A program made the position numbers and the translations under genes. A model generated the notes under the pieces. It had not been told where the DNA came from and made no database searches. It saw nothing but the letters and a program-made list of their open reading frames with translations. This document shows, one piece after another, positions 1 through 13,032 of a stretch of 64,000 nucleotides of DNA. The stretch is from Cetorhinus maximus (taxonomy: Eukaryota). The stretch covers positions 1,550,001 to 1,614,000 of the forward strand of contig NC_135916.1 of assembly GCF_964194155.1 (NCBI RefSeq), written 5' to 3'. The first letter of the stretch is position 1. Each line of letters opens with the position of its first letter.

Positions 1-654
1 GAATAGTGACTTTAGCTCTGAACCTCTCCGTCACTGCAATTCATTTATGCATTTTATTCTATAGCTGTCAGGGCCTGGAAGTGACTGTGAGGTGGACTTT
101 GCTTCTGCTGCCATCAGCTTTTGACAAGCTGTAAAAATGCCAGATTCATTCCGTGTGTATCAGTCTCTGGTGCTACACACGAAAGGTGTTACCCTTCAGC
201 ACCTGTCAGTTTGTGGTACTGTGTATGACTGCAGGATTAATACTCTAAATTTCAGTTTTGTCTCCCTTGCGGTGTAGAATTCATTTCATTTCACAATTTC
301 TGTTTAGGATTGAGAAATTGTGTATTTCATTATGTCCTGTCGCTATCCGTGTACTGTGATCGAGTTAATTTTGCACTAAGCAGTAATCTTGTATTATAGG
401 TGGATTTAATTGTACCTCTGTGTATCGCTAAGTATCTCTTATGTACTCAAGAGTGGGATTAATTCTATGCCCTGGTGCAATCAGTGAGAGTGAATTCCAT
501 TTGAATCTGTCAATATCTGGAAATTAATGTGTGGTTCAAAGAGATACTGATTGATTCAACATCTTTGAGTGAGAGTTGTTTTGTGTTCGTCAATCTGTGG
601 CATGTTATGTGACTGTGGGTTTCCTCTGTGTCTTTTTGACTGTTTTTCCTTTTT

Positions 655-770
655 TTGTCGTGTGTGTGTGCGTGTTTGTGTCTGTGTGTGTGTGTGTGTT
701 TGTGTGTTCGTGTTTGTCTGTATCTGTGTTTGTGTGTGTGTGTGTGTTTGTGTGTGCGCGTGTTTGAGTG
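655..770. repeat. Imperfect (TG)n microsatellite
   Basis: Interrupted TG tract. Paralogous tracts at ~8445-8760, 9805-9845, 36430-36510, 49820-49910 and 58690-59000. Confidence 0.95.
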
Positions 771-3400
771 TGTGGCTCTATCTCTGCATTTAATTTTCTG
801 CTATTTTGTTTGTGGTTGGATAAATGCTTTGTTTGTCCTAGGTGCACCTGTGTTTAAGTATTTGTGTGCGTGTGTTTGTGTATGTATGCAAGAGATCTTG
901 TGCGCATGTGTGTTTATGTATGTGTGTGTGAGTTTGCTTTGCATGTGTGTCTGTGTGTGTTAGAGCATGACTCTGCGAGTGTGTGAGTGTTTGTGTGGGA
1001 TTGTGCAGGACTCATTTCCCATTTGTCTTCGTCCGGTACAGGATGTAGTTTTGGAATTAATTTACATGAAATTTAAGTGTCAATCCTGTGAACGTCACCT
1101 ATGGTGGAATTAATTCCCTATATCTCAGTGATTGTACCGATCGTGTATCTCAAATTTGTGCTCTGTGTATATTTTTCCTTTATTGTACATGTGTAGCTTT
1201 CTCCTGTACCAAATATGTATCCCATGCATGTGTGTGAAATCTATTTCTTCAATGCGTTAATCTATTACTGTTTCCCGGCTCTGCTGCAGATTTAGACATG
1301 AAACTTTGTATTTAACAAAGACAGGTTTTATTCATTTGTTTTGTTTGAATTAAGGTATAGCATTCAGGCTGCAACTCGGCAAAAGTCTTTGTGAATGATA
1401 ATGAGACCCTTGAAATTACATGCTGTGTACCTCATATCTGATTGATTCAGTTTGTAACGATTTTACGTTATGAATCATAGTGAGCATATTGACCTGGAAC
1501 GTGTTGTTTATTCATGCTGTACTAATTAAAATTACACTTTCTCCTTATTTCAGATATGGCATGAGATCTTTTGAGGGGAATTTAACGTGCCCCCAGACTC
1601 TTGGTCTTTGGTACGGGCTGTTATGTTTTAATTATCAACTTACATATTTTGATGAATTTTCACGTGTAATTTTACTGTAGTTATCAACATCTGATCTCTC
1701 TGTACCCAATCTCTTCTTATTTTGAAAAGTCGGTTATGGAAAAATTGATTTTATTCTGCACCTCTCTATCTCTGGTATGTGTCTGTGGTTTTATAATGTG
1801 GGTGTCTGCCCCTGTTACGAGAATCCAGCTTTCTTCTGTATCTGTCAGTGCCCCCTATGAGAGTGGTGATATGTTATTGACTGTACTTGTCAATATCGGC
1901 TTTATGAGTGCGGCAGCGCCCCGAAGCCGAATTTCACATTGGGAACACATGAACAATCGTCCTGATTGATCACTTTTTAATCGTTAGCAGTGGCCTCCTT
2001 CTGTGCAGGGACTAGTTCTCTGATTTGCATGGACAGGATGGTCAATAACCATCCAGTGCAACAGGCAGTTATCAAACTATGGTCAACTGCTTGTAAGGCA
2101 GGTATGTTAATCCCTGTCTGACCATCAGACTCTATCCTACGCTACACCATCTGCATATAGGAACACATCACACTATAGAGTTTTGGACTTTTGAATTTGA
2201 TTTTGTCAATTCCCCGTTACATCATCTAATTTAAAGTGCTTCTGCTGCGTACGTATGTTGTTGCACGGCTCATCTTCTGTCAGGAGATGGCAGCAGTTCA
2301 CTATAACTTGGATCTGGCTCTTTCTGATCAAACATCTAGAAAACAATAGGCCTGATGCTGCTCTTGAACATTGCCAAGCTCACCTCCGTTAAAAAGACTA
2401 CGACAGCGGCCAATTACTTCCGCTCCATACAGATCGACACAATGTGTTTTGTTCTGCACTTGATGGTTTTTGCAATGCAATATTCACCCTAACTGGGTAC
2501 TTCTCGGTCACTGGATTCACTGATGTGTTTTATGCCATACCTGTTGTTTTCAAGCAAGGGACAGAGATATTGCTCTGTAATTGACGGTCTTGGAGTTTCA
2601 TTTCACAGCATGTGTTGACTGTTGCTGTGTGAGTGCGCTTTTTATTCAATACTTGTCAGATATTTTGACATAAGAGACTGTGTCTTTTTTGTTACCTGCC
2701 AGTTTTTTGATATTGAGTGTAAGTTCTATACAGCCGTGTGCTTATTCAGGTACGTGAATTAGATTCCCCACCAACAGCTCCGCACCCACCCCCAAACCCC
2801 GCCCCTCCTGTATCTATAGGTCTCCGGGTTGTGTAAAAATGACTTTGCCACGATCTCTGTCAGTTCCTGGTAAATGTGTGCCGGTGTTAGACTGCCCCTG
2901 TGAATTTCTGGTGTGTGAGCATTTATTTTATTATGTAGCAGTTCGTTGCTTGGAAGTGATTGGCGCTTTTCTTTTCTCTCCCCCTCTATTCGTCAGTCTG
3001 TAGCATGAGAATGAGAGTTTTTATTCTGCATCTGCCAATGTCTGACATGTGAGTGTGGGTCTCTCTTGGCATTTGTCAATGTTTGCAATGTGTGTGGTGT
3101 GTGAATGTGAATATTACATTGGGTTATTCAGTGTCAAATCGATCATCGTGTGTTTGAATCAACCTCTCAGTTTCTGACATTTAAATGTGAAAATACCTTA
3201 AAATTATCAGTTCTTTTGTATGTCAACTACATCCTGTACCTATAAATCTATTGTAAGCCAATCTAAGATTTACTCATTCTCTCAGTAATGTTATGTGGTT
3301 ATGTAATCTCTGTTATGACTGAATGGACTTTTCTCGCTATCTGTCAGTTTTCAATGTATGAAAAGCAAATACATGGCAGATGCTTTAAAACATCGATTAT

Positions 3401-3892
3401 GAACATAAGAACAGAAGAAATAGGAACAGGAGGCGGCCATTTGGCCACTCGAGCCTGCCTCATCATTCAATAAGATAATGGCTGATTTCTTTGTGTTTCA
3501 ATCCCCACATTATCATCTACCCCCATAACCTTTGATTCTCTTGCCTATTAAGAATCTATCTGCCTCTGCCTTAAAAGATCTCAATGACCCTGCCTCCACT
3601 ATCTTCTGAGGCAGAGATTTCCAAAGTCACACAGCCCTCTGAGAGAGAAAAATATCCTCACCTATTTCCAAAAAGTGTGATATCTAATTTAGAAACAGTG
3701 CCCCCTATTTCTCGAAACATCCTCTTGGTATCCACAATTTCAAGGCCATTCAGGATCTTGTATACATCAATCAATCACCCCTCACTCTACTGAGACCCAG
3801 TGGAAACAAGCACAGTCTGTCCAACCTTTTCTTATAAGACATCCCACTCATTCTAGGTAACTATCTAGTAAAGTTCCTCTGAACCACCACCA
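3401..3892 (-). mobile_element. CR1-type LINE 3' fragment nested in a plus-strand CR1
   Basis: Starts with the reverse-complement tail GAACATAAGAAC...AATAGGAACAGGAG. Paralog at 54147-54643 translates to IDVYKILNGLEIVD..MFPV. Confidence 0.85.
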
Positions 3893-4692
3893 AGTAGTGT
3901 GAAGTTATCCACATCAGTTGAAAAGACAGCATGGGAGAGTGTTATTTACATGGTGATAGACTGGGAAAGGTTGAAGTAAAAAGGGAGCTGGGTACCCATG
4001 CACACCAATCACTGAGAGCAAGCATGCAGGTGCAGGTAGCACTTAAGAAGGCAAATGATATGTTGGCCTTCATCGTGACATGGTTAATTGCAGGAGCAAG
4101 GATGTCTAACTGCAGCTATACAGGGCATTGGCAAGAACACTCCTGGAGTATTGTGTGCAGTTCTGGTCTCCTTGCCTAAGGGAGGATATATTTATCATAA
4201 GAGGAGTGCGGCGAAGGTTCACCAGAGTGATCCCTGGGATGGCAGGATTGTCCTCTGAGGAGAGTTTGGGTCGAGTAGGCCTGTTTTCACTGGAGTTTAA
4301 AAGGATGAGAGGGGGTCTCAATGAAAGGTGTAACATTCTGACAGGGCTGGACAGATGGCTTGCAGGGATGATGTTTCCTCTGGCTGGGGGTCTAGAACAA
4401 GGGGTCACATTCTCAGGATACAGGGTAGATGGTTTAGAACTGAGATGAGGAGAAAGTTCTTCAATCAGAGGGTGGTAAACCTGTGCAATTCTCTATGATA
4501 GAAGAGTGTGAAAGCCAAGTCACTGAATATATTTAAGAGCGAAATAGATAGATTTCAAGACTCCAAATGGACAAGGGTATGATAACAGTGTGGTTGGATG
4601 GTGTTGAGATATAGGGTCAGCCATGATTAAATTGAATGGCAGAGCAGGCTCAACAGGGCAAATGACCTACTCCTGCTCCTATTTTCTCTCTT
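3893..4692 (+). mobile_element. CR1-type LINE, ORF2 C-terminus and 3' UTR, degenerate
   Basis: LEYCVQFWSPCLREDI...RRFTRVIPGMAGLS.EE.L...LFSLEFKRMRG, tail CCTACTCCTGCTCCTATTT. Confidence 0.92.
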
Positions 4693-4969
4693 TCCATGCC
4701 TGATATGTGATAATGGATTTCAGCTGTACCAGTTAGTTCATGTTTGGGATGTGTGTGTATTTTGTTCTGTATTCATATCTCTGTCTTGCAAGTGGTATAT
4801 TTTGCTCTGTTCCTGATAATTTCTGATGAACTGATCGGTGGTTCTGTTTAGAACCTGTTGATTTCTGCTATGTGAATATGGGATTTCCTTTGTCCTTGTC
4901 AGTTTATGGCATGAAGGTTTAACTCTGCAGCTAATGCAAATTCCAAATACCGTGAATATTGGAAATCTC

Positions 4970-5160
4970 AAGAAGAAAAATCAAAAATGCTGGAAATACT
5001 GAGCAGCTCTGGCAAGATTTGTGGAGACAGAAACAAAACTGCCATTTGTTTGAAGACTCCGAACTGATGAAGCGCCATTGAGCTGAAATGTTTTGTCTTG
5101 TTTTTTTCTCCACAGATGCTCCCAAACTCGCTGATTATTCCTCACATTTTCTTTGTTTGT
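4970..5160. mobile_element. Palindromic repeat resembling a Penelope-like element terminus
   Basis: AAATGCTGGAAATACTGAGCAG..TGTGGAGACAGAAAC is mirrored by TTTCTCCACAGATGCT..GCTGA..ATT..CATTTT. Relatives at ~24950-25180, 29655-29790, 55718-55905 and 63325-63445. Confidence 0.6.
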
Positions 5161-6689
5161 CCCCCATGTATGTTATTTCCAGCAAGTTCATCTGGCAGTT
5201 TCAAATATTTAATTCTGGCTTCCATTCTGACAATTTGCAATAATTGAATGGAGATTTTGCACTGTACCTCTCAGTTGTTTCTTTGTGTGTATCTGTGTTT
5301 TCTGTACCTGTCAGTTTCGAGTATGTGAGGATTTATTTGTACTGCAAATTTTATATTATGCCAAGTCGATGTGCATCCGTTAGCTTCTCTGAACTTACTG
5401 TGCTTTTAATTCTTTACCTGTCTGTGAATGGGGATTCTGCACTGTTCCCTGTTATTTACTCTTGTGTGACTGTATTTTTCCCAACACACTTATAGTTCCT
5501 GCTGGCCTTTACTATGCATATGTCAGTCTCTGTAATGTGAGTGTAGCTATTACTCTGCACTTGCTTGTGCTTGATTTGTGAGTATATTTTTGAGTATTTT
5601 TGCCTGCATCTTAAATGGAATGTGTGTTTTGCTATTAACTCTCATTTGCTAAGATGTGTGTAAGTGGGTGGAACTAATCCTGTACCTGTACCTCTGTGAT
5701 ATATCAGCGTGATTGTATATCCCCACTAACATTTCAGGGTCACATATGTGAGCATGAAAATGATTTTGTGTCCCTTAGTTTACTGTAAATGAGTGAGGAT
5801 TTAATCATTTAATGTCAGTCCTCTGTATGAGAATGTCGGGTTTATTCTGTCCTATTACTGGATAATTGTTATTTTTCTCTGTCTGCCTGTCATATGTCTT
5901 GTCAGTTTTCCTCTGAACCGTCAGGCACCATTATTTGAGCCTGAGTCTGAGGTTGCATTTTCAATTTTATTTGTGATCCTGACCTTTACTTCCCTGTATC
6001 CCTCTGTTTTTGGTATGTGACGAGTAGTTTTATTCAGGACCTTACACATTTGAATTCAGGTTTATGTGTGTTTTTCCTGTAGCTATCAAAGTCTGTTATT
6101 TGAGTAAGAGTGTTCCTCCCTTTTTAACAGTTCAGTTCTGGAAGAATTGGTTTAATTCTGTATCTCTCTGTCTTGAATGTGCTGTTGATGATACATTATC
6201 ACTCTCGGTCTCTGTTATGGGAATCCATATTTTTTGTGTTTCTGGCAGTCTCTGCTAGGGGAGAGGTGTTAATATGTTCCCTGTACTTGGTCAATATTAA
6301 TTTGGTGAGATAAGGTTTAATATATTTATGTTTTTTGAATTGCATTTTCACTAATATTTCTCATTATCCAGTATAATTTATGCATTTTAATTTCATGCCA
6401 GTCATTTTCTAGTATTTGAGTGTGATTTCACTTGATATATTTCTGTCTCTTGCATGCGTGCCTTGGTGAAACTTATTTTCAAGCTGTCAGTGTCTGGTAT
6501 GTTTTATATTTATATGTCAGCCATTTTTCAGTGAATGTGACTTTTATTTTCTGTGTTTTTAGTGCTTTTACTTTTATATATTTTTGCAAATTAGGTAACT
6601 GGAAGAGAATCTTAACCTGCAGTCAATCAGTTGTGTGTCACAATCTTGTTACATTTGACTAAGTGTCTAACGTTTACTGCACCTTCAAC

Positions 6690-8302
6690 AGAGAAAATAA
6701 CTGAGCAAACTATTGGGATTAAAGGGTGACAAGTCCCCAGGACCTGATGGCCTAAGTCCCAGTGTCTTAAAGGAACTGGCAGTGTAGATAGTGAATGCAT
6801 TGGCTATAATATTCCAAAATTCCCTGGATTCTGGAAAGGTTCCAGTGGTTAGGAAAGATGCTCACATAACGCCCTTATTCAAAAAGTGGGGGAGGGAGAA
6901 AGTAGGAATCTATAGACCAGTTAGTATAACATACGTCTTTGGGAAATTGTTGGAATCCATTATTAAGGAAGAAGTAATGGTGCATTTGGAAAGTCAAAAT
7001 GCAATCCATCAGAGTCAGCATGGTTTTATGAAGAGTAAATCATGTTTGACTAATTTGCTAGATTTCTTTGAAGATGTGAGAAGCAAAGTGGGTAATGGGG
7101 ATCCTGTAGATGTTGTATTATCTGGACTTCCAGAAGGCATTTGATAAGGTGCTGCACAAAAGATTAATACGCAAGGTAAGATCACACAAGGTTAGGGGTA
7201 ATGTATTAGTTTGCATAGAGGATTGGCTAACCAACAGAAAGCAGAGATTCGGGAAAAATGTCTATTTTTCTGGATGGCAAGCTGTAACTAGTGGGGTGCC
7301 ACAGGGTTTGGTCAATGGGCCCCATTTATTTACAATCTATATTATTGATTAGGATTCAGGGATAGAAGGTCCGATAGCTAAATTTGCAGATGACACCAAA
7401 ATAGGTGGGAAAGTAAGTTGCAATGAAGAAATAAGAAATTTTCAAATGGATATGGACAGGTTAGCTGATAGGGCAAATGGAGTTTAACGTAGGTAAGTGT
7501 GAGATTATCCATTTTGGTCGGAAGAATAAAAAGGCGGTTTATATTTAATAGAGAGCAACTGCAGAATGCTTCAGTGCAGAGGGTTCTGGGTGATCTCGTG
7601 CATGAATCGCTAAAAGCTAATATGCAGGTACAGCAGGTAATAAGGAAGGCAAATGGAATTTTGGCATTTATTGATAAAGGAAAAGTGTATAAAAATAGGC
7701 AAGTATTGTTGCAACTGTACAAGGCATTGGTGAGACCGCACCTGGAGTACTGCGCACAGTATTGGTCCCCATTCTTGAGGACCGATGTACTTGCACTGGA
7801 GGCGGTTCAGAGGAGGTTCATTAGATTGATTCCAGAGATGTGGGGCTTGTCTTATGAGGAGAGATTGAGCAGTTTAGGCCTATACTCGCTAGAGTTTAAA
7901 AGGATGAGAGGAGATCTAATTGAGGTATATAAGATTCCAAAAGGAATCGACAAAATAGATGAGGAGTGGTAGATTCCCCTTGTGAGACACTCTAGAATGA
8001 GAGGCTATACTTTTAGGCTAAGGGGTGGTAGATTTAAATCAGTGATGTGGAGCAATTACTTTTCTCAAAAGGTCATGAATCTGTGGAATTCACTACCTCA
8101 GAGTGCAATGGATGCCGGGACACTGAATAAATTAAAGGAGGAGATAGACAGATTTTTAATTAGTCATGTGTTGAAAGGTCATGGGGAGAGGGCGGGAAAT
8201 TGGAGTTGAGGTCGAAATGAGATCAGCCATGATTGTATTGAATGGAGGGGCAGGCTCGAGGGGCTGAATTGCCTACTCCTGCTCCTAGTTCTTATGTTCT
8301 TA
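6690..8302 (+). mobile_element. CR1-type LINE, 5'-truncated, broken RT domain
   Basis: YRPVS, QHGFMKSKSCLTNL, LDFQKAFDKV, SGVPQG, KFADDTK, LVRPHLEYCAQ. Ends in (TTCTTATG)2. Confidence 0.95.
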
Positions 8303-11030
8303 TGCATTACCAATGTATATAGTCCTGCTAATTTTCAGCTGCGTATGTTTAAATTACTACCGTAATACCTGCTTCTTAACTACCGGGCCAGCATTTAATT
8401 ACTTAGATGCTGTCAATGTTCCATGTATATACTCACAGATGCTTCTTGTGTGTTTGTCTGTGTGTGTGTGTGTGTGTGTGAGAGAGTATTTGTGTCTGCA
8501 GGTGTGAATTTTTGTGAAAATCTGCATGACTGTGTGTGTCGGAGAGAAAGTGCAAGTTTGTTACTGTGTGCATTCATTTATGCATGTGTGTGTTTGTGCT
8601 TCTGTGTGCGTGAGGGCCTGTGTGTATGTTTGTGTGCATGTGTGTGATTTTTTGTGTGTGTGTGTTTGTGTATGTGTGCAACAGATGGTGTGCACATTTG
8701 TGTATATGTATGTTTGTCTGTGTGTGTTAGTGCAAGAGCCTGCGAGTGTGTGAATGTTTGTGTGGGAGTGTGCAGGGCTAATTTCCCATTTGTCTTTCTC
8801 TGGTACAGGATGCAGCTTTAGAATTAATTTTAATGAAATTTAAGTGTCTACCCTGTGACCATTACCTGTGTTGGAATTAATTCCCTAAATCTCAGTTATT
8901 ATACTGTTTGTGTATCTCAAATTTCTCCTCTGTGTATATAACTCCATTATTATACATGTGAAGGTTTCTTCTGTACATAACATGTATCACATTCATGTTT
9001 CTGAAAACTATTTCTCCAATGCATTAATCTATTACTGTTTCCTAGCTCTGTTGCAGATTTTAAAATGAAACTTTGCATTTATCAAAGACCGGTTTTATTC
9101 TTTTATTTAATGTGAACTAAGGTATAGCATTCAGGCTGCAACTCGGCAAAAGTATTTGTGAATGATAATGAGACGCTTGAACTCACATGCTGTGTATGTC
9201 ATATCTGATTGATTCAGTGTGTAATGATCTTACGTTATGAATCATAGTGAGAATATTAAACCGGCATGTGTTGTGTATCCATGCCATATAAATTAAAATT
9301 ACACTTTCTCTTTATTTTAGATATAGTATGAGATCTTTGGAGGGGGGTTTAATGTGTTCCTCTGTGAGAACCTAGGTACATTCTACAGAATAATTTTGTA
9401 CATTTCAGTCTGTTGCACTATCTGTAGCTAAGACTGCACTCTTCTGAAATGAATGAGGTGCCTTTCAATCTGATAGTATTTGTGGGTTTGGACTGAGATT
9501 GATGGACCTACCTTTCTGCGGTGCTTAGTGAGTGTGAATTGGGGAGAAATATTCTGTCTCCCCTGTTGTATTTGACTGTTGCGTTGAACACGTCTATCTG
9601 AAACTTGAGATCAATGTGAATCTGATTCCTGCTCTCAGTGATGGTGGAACTGCTGTTCTGTCTGTGCTTTGAACAATAATGTACCTATGCCTACTCGAAG
9701 CATAGAGCTGCATGATTATTTAAGATGGGAAATCTATAGCTTGGCATTGGGGCTCAAAGAGAAATGGTGGCCCAATGTTATATAATTTTGAGATTGCAGG
9801 TAAGTGTGTGTCTGCGCATGTGTGTATGTGTGTGTGTGTGTGCGTGTACATTTACCTGCCGGTCTTTAGTATGGGAGAAATTTATTTCTTCTCCACTATT
9901 TATATTCCGCTATGTGAATGTGGGATCACACTGTATCTTTCACTTTTTAACATCTTACTATGGCGTTTATTTCTTTCCTGCCTGTGAATGGGGATTCCAA
10001 AATGCACCTAGTTATTTGTTGCTGTGTGACTGTCTGATTTGTTTTATGAATGTTTGTAATTGATTCTGGGCTTTACTCTGGATCATTGACTCTCTGTAAT
10101 GCATTTGTGGCTATTATTCAGCACCTGTCAGTGCCTGATTTGTGAGTAAGCATCTTACTTTCACTGTTTCTGACATGTAATGCATATTTTTACTCATTGC
10201 CTCTTAGTTACAGGTATGTGGATTTGCATTTTATGTTCTGTATCTGCAATACTGTGAAATGTCAGTGTGATTCATTTTCCTGTTCTTTGTGTCAGGATCA
10301 GAAATGTGAGCATGGAAAAATTTGCTGAAACTCAGGTTATTTCAAATGAGTGAGACTTTACTCATTTGCTGTCAATCCCTGGTATGAGAAGGTATGGTTT
10401 AGTCTATGCCTATCATATTCTTGTGTGTGAGTATTGTCTTTTCCCATGGTCTGCATGTACCTTGTAGGTCATTGTCGATTTTGCTGTGAACTTGTCAGCC
10501 TGTATTACTTAAGTGTGATATTCACATTGCAGCTTTCAATTTAGTGTGTGAGCAAGGACCTCCCCCCACACTAACATCCCCCGCACTACCCCTGACTGTA
10601 TCTCTTGGTCTTTCATACAGGCTGTTATGTTTTAGTCAGCAACTTATGGGTTTTGATGCATTTTCAGGTCTGACATTACTGTAGCTATCAACATCTGATT
10701 TCTCGGTACCCAACCTCTTCATATTTTGAAAAGTCTGTCATTGAAAAATTGATTATATTCAACACCTCTCTATCTCTGGTATGTGTCTGTGGTTTTATTA
10801 TGTAAGTGTCTGCCCCTCTTACAGGAAGGTAACTTTCTTCTGTATCTGTCAGTCCCTCCTATGAGAGTGGTGTTATGTTATTCACTGTACTTGTCAATAT
10901 CTGCTTTGTGAGTTAAGTTTTAAACTTTCTTGTTTGTAGTGATCTGTCGATATAACTATTCTGAAAATATTGCTCTGGCATGTGATGTGTATGCGCGTCT
11001 GTATTAATGAATAAGTACTTTATCATTACC

Positions 11031-11620
11031 AGGAGCAGGTGATGGTGTAGTTGTATTGTCATTGGACTAATAATCTGGACAGCCAGGGTAGTGCTCTGGG
11101 TTCAAACCCTGACACTGCAGATGGTGGAATTTAAAATCAATAAAAATATGAATTGAATTAATGATCACCACGAAACCATTGTCGATTGTGGTAAAAACCC
11201 TTCTGGTTCACTAATATTCTTTAGAGAATGAAATCTGTCGTCCATGTACATGTGACTCTACACCCACAATTAAATGCCCTCTAAAATGGCCTAGCTAGCC
11301 ACGCAATTGTAACAAATGGCAACAAAAAGATCATCGACAAAGGCAATCTCAGCCCTGTTGATCCTGAGGGACAAGGGCAGCAGATCGATGAGAACACCAC
11401 CACCTGGAAATTCCCCTCCAAGTGCCTCACCATTCTGAGATGGAACTATGCTGTCATTGCTGGGTCAAAAACCTGAAACTCCATTCCTAACAGCACTGTG
11501 GGTGTATCAACACCACAGGGACTGTAGCGGCTCAAGAAAGCAGCTTGTAAACCAACTTCTCAAGGGCAACTAAATGCTGTCCCAGCCAGCGAAGCAAACA
11601 ACTCAAGGATGAATAAAATA
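11031..11620 (+). mobile_element. tRNA-derived SINE with a LINE-like tail
   Basis: TGGTGTAGTTG (A box), GGTTCAAACC (B box), tail CCTAACAGCACTGTGGGTGTA...CTTCTCAAGGGCAA...GAATAAAATAAA. Confidence 0.8.
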
Positions 11621-12774
11621 AATGTATGATACTGTGTGGGATCTTTGGTGTTGAGTCTATTGCATTGCTTTATGAATGCTGGGTACATTCAAGGATTCAT
11701 TCATTGAATTTCAATCAGCTTTATTTCCTGATATTTAAATTACAGCCAATGTTCCATTCTTGTGACATGCATGGAGTGAGCTTCAATTTGATATTGGTTG
11801 TGAGTTTGGACTGAAATTGGTGGACCTGCCATTCAGAGGTACTGAGTAGGAGTGTATTGTGATTATTCCAACCATCTCCCCAACCCCCGCCTCCCTTCTG
11901 AGCGTTTGACTATTGGATTGAGCACATGTATCTGGTATGAATTCCATTTGATTCTGACTATTTCTGTCCGTGGTGACGGTGGAAATGATGTTCTGTCTGT
12001 ATCTCTGCACTCTGTGAGTAATATCATACCTGCTGTCAGTAACAATGAGATGGCTGCACTTTTATTTTGGTTGGGAAATCAACAGCTTGAAACCGATCCC
12101 TTCATGTATTTGCCTAGAGGAAGAAACATATCTCTTGAAAGTCAAGATCAGCTGAGGCTTTGAAAGAAAATAGATCAACGTAACCTGGCAACTGATAATC
12201 AATTTTTATAATGCTCTACAAATCGTAAAGGACAATAAGAAGTACAGTCCCTGATTCCACTTCAGCACCCTGCTTCGGTACTTTTCAAACATTTGAGTAA
12301 CATTCAGAAACAGTCCTGTCCTGTCCTCCTCCAAGGATGTCACTACCCGAGGGGACAGGTACATTGGTGCAGGTCAGGTTTCAATTTCCAGCTCCCATTG
12401 TAAGAGCCGTCAACAAAAACCAACAGCCGCTGCGACAATGTTTCTTTAACACTTATCACTTGAAAAGCTGGTGCCTGCGATGGGTGATATTTACATGATT
12501 GTTCCCCATCCTCACTGTCCGCCTGTTTCCACTGTTCACTGTCCAAATGCCGACAAGTTGCATGAATCAGCAGCTATACTTGGAATATGCATTACAGGTT
12601 TGAGGGGAGAAAATCCCAATAGTTTTCAATTGCAGCTTGCTCAGGTTGTGTCTCCCTCAGCAGGGCCACACACAGCCCCAGAAAGGCCTCTCCCCGTCCA
12701 CCCGCTCACTCCAAGTTCCGGAACACGTTCCCGCACCGCTCCGCCTCTTACAAACAGCCCCCGGTTCCCCCTGA

Positions 12775-13032
12775 ACTTACCCCGAGTCAATGATGATTTC
12801 TGTGTCCACACTGACAAACCGGGGCCCTGCTGGAATCAGAACGCTGTTTACTCGCTTACCCGGGCCCTAATATTTCCATTTCTATCTGTTTGAAACAAAG
12901 GTCTCCCGCTCACTGAATGAAAAACTTCAATGGCGGAGTCTGGGAGAAGGGCAGCGCATGCGCTCTTCTAGTCAGGTCTGAGGAGTTGAATGAGGGCAGC
13001 AATGCGCATGCGCTTCTCTGGAATTTTACGTC
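12775..13032 (-). promoter_or_regulatory. Putative TATA-less promoter plus non-coding first exon (copy 1)
   Basis: GCGCATGCGC (NRF1 motif) at 12954-12963 and 13004-13013, ACGTCA half-CRE ~13028, minus-strand donor GG|GTAAGT at 12780 followed by G-rich sequence. Confidence 0.6.

Larger units (their letters stand above)
1..12500 (+). repeat. T/G-rich spacer built from a degenerate ~41-42 bp tandem repeat, interrupted by TEs
   Basis: Recurring unit approx. GTGAGTGTGGGATTTTATTCTGTACCTGTCAGTTTCTGGTAT, e.g. units starting at 3007, 3049, 3090 and runs at 1779-1905 and 5538-5850. Confidence 0.7.

Noticed and set aside
569-963. Cys/Val-rich and His/Thr-rich ORFs (also 8313-8753, 9764-10063, 49669-50046, 58537-59007)
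   Set aside because: Translations of (TG)n/(CA)n microsatellites with no protein-like content
2890-2925. Minus-strand LTHQKFTG resembling a C2H2 zinc-finger linker, suggesting the spacer is a decayed ZNF array
   Set aside because: The period is ~41-42 bp rather than 84 bp, and no CxxC codon pattern is visible on the minus strand
3007-3130. Regularly spaced short motifs suggestive of a CRISPR-like array
   Set aside because: Vertebrate DNA. The whole unit is a degenerate tandem repeat with no constant repeat/unique spacer structure and no cas genes
6791-8209. Active LINE or domesticated reverse transcriptase
   Set aside because: 5'-truncated, with multiple frameshifts and stops in both paralogs
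3401-8302. Uniform TE orientation as in a uni-strand piRNA cluster
   Set aside because: CR1 fragments occur on both strands across the window and many are duplicates of the same few insertions, so the bias is not supported
12789-12815. ATGATGA...CTGA resembling snoRNA C and D boxes
   Set aside because: Only 14 nt between the boxes, no terminal stem, and the distal CTGA is missing in copy 2. A covariance-model search would be needed to revive it
12471-12893. 140-aa plus-strand ORF, also 132 aa at 62592-62990
   Set aside because: No recognisable domain, no equivalent ORF listed for the 28 kb copy despite high nucleotide identity, and splice/promoter signals point to the minus strand
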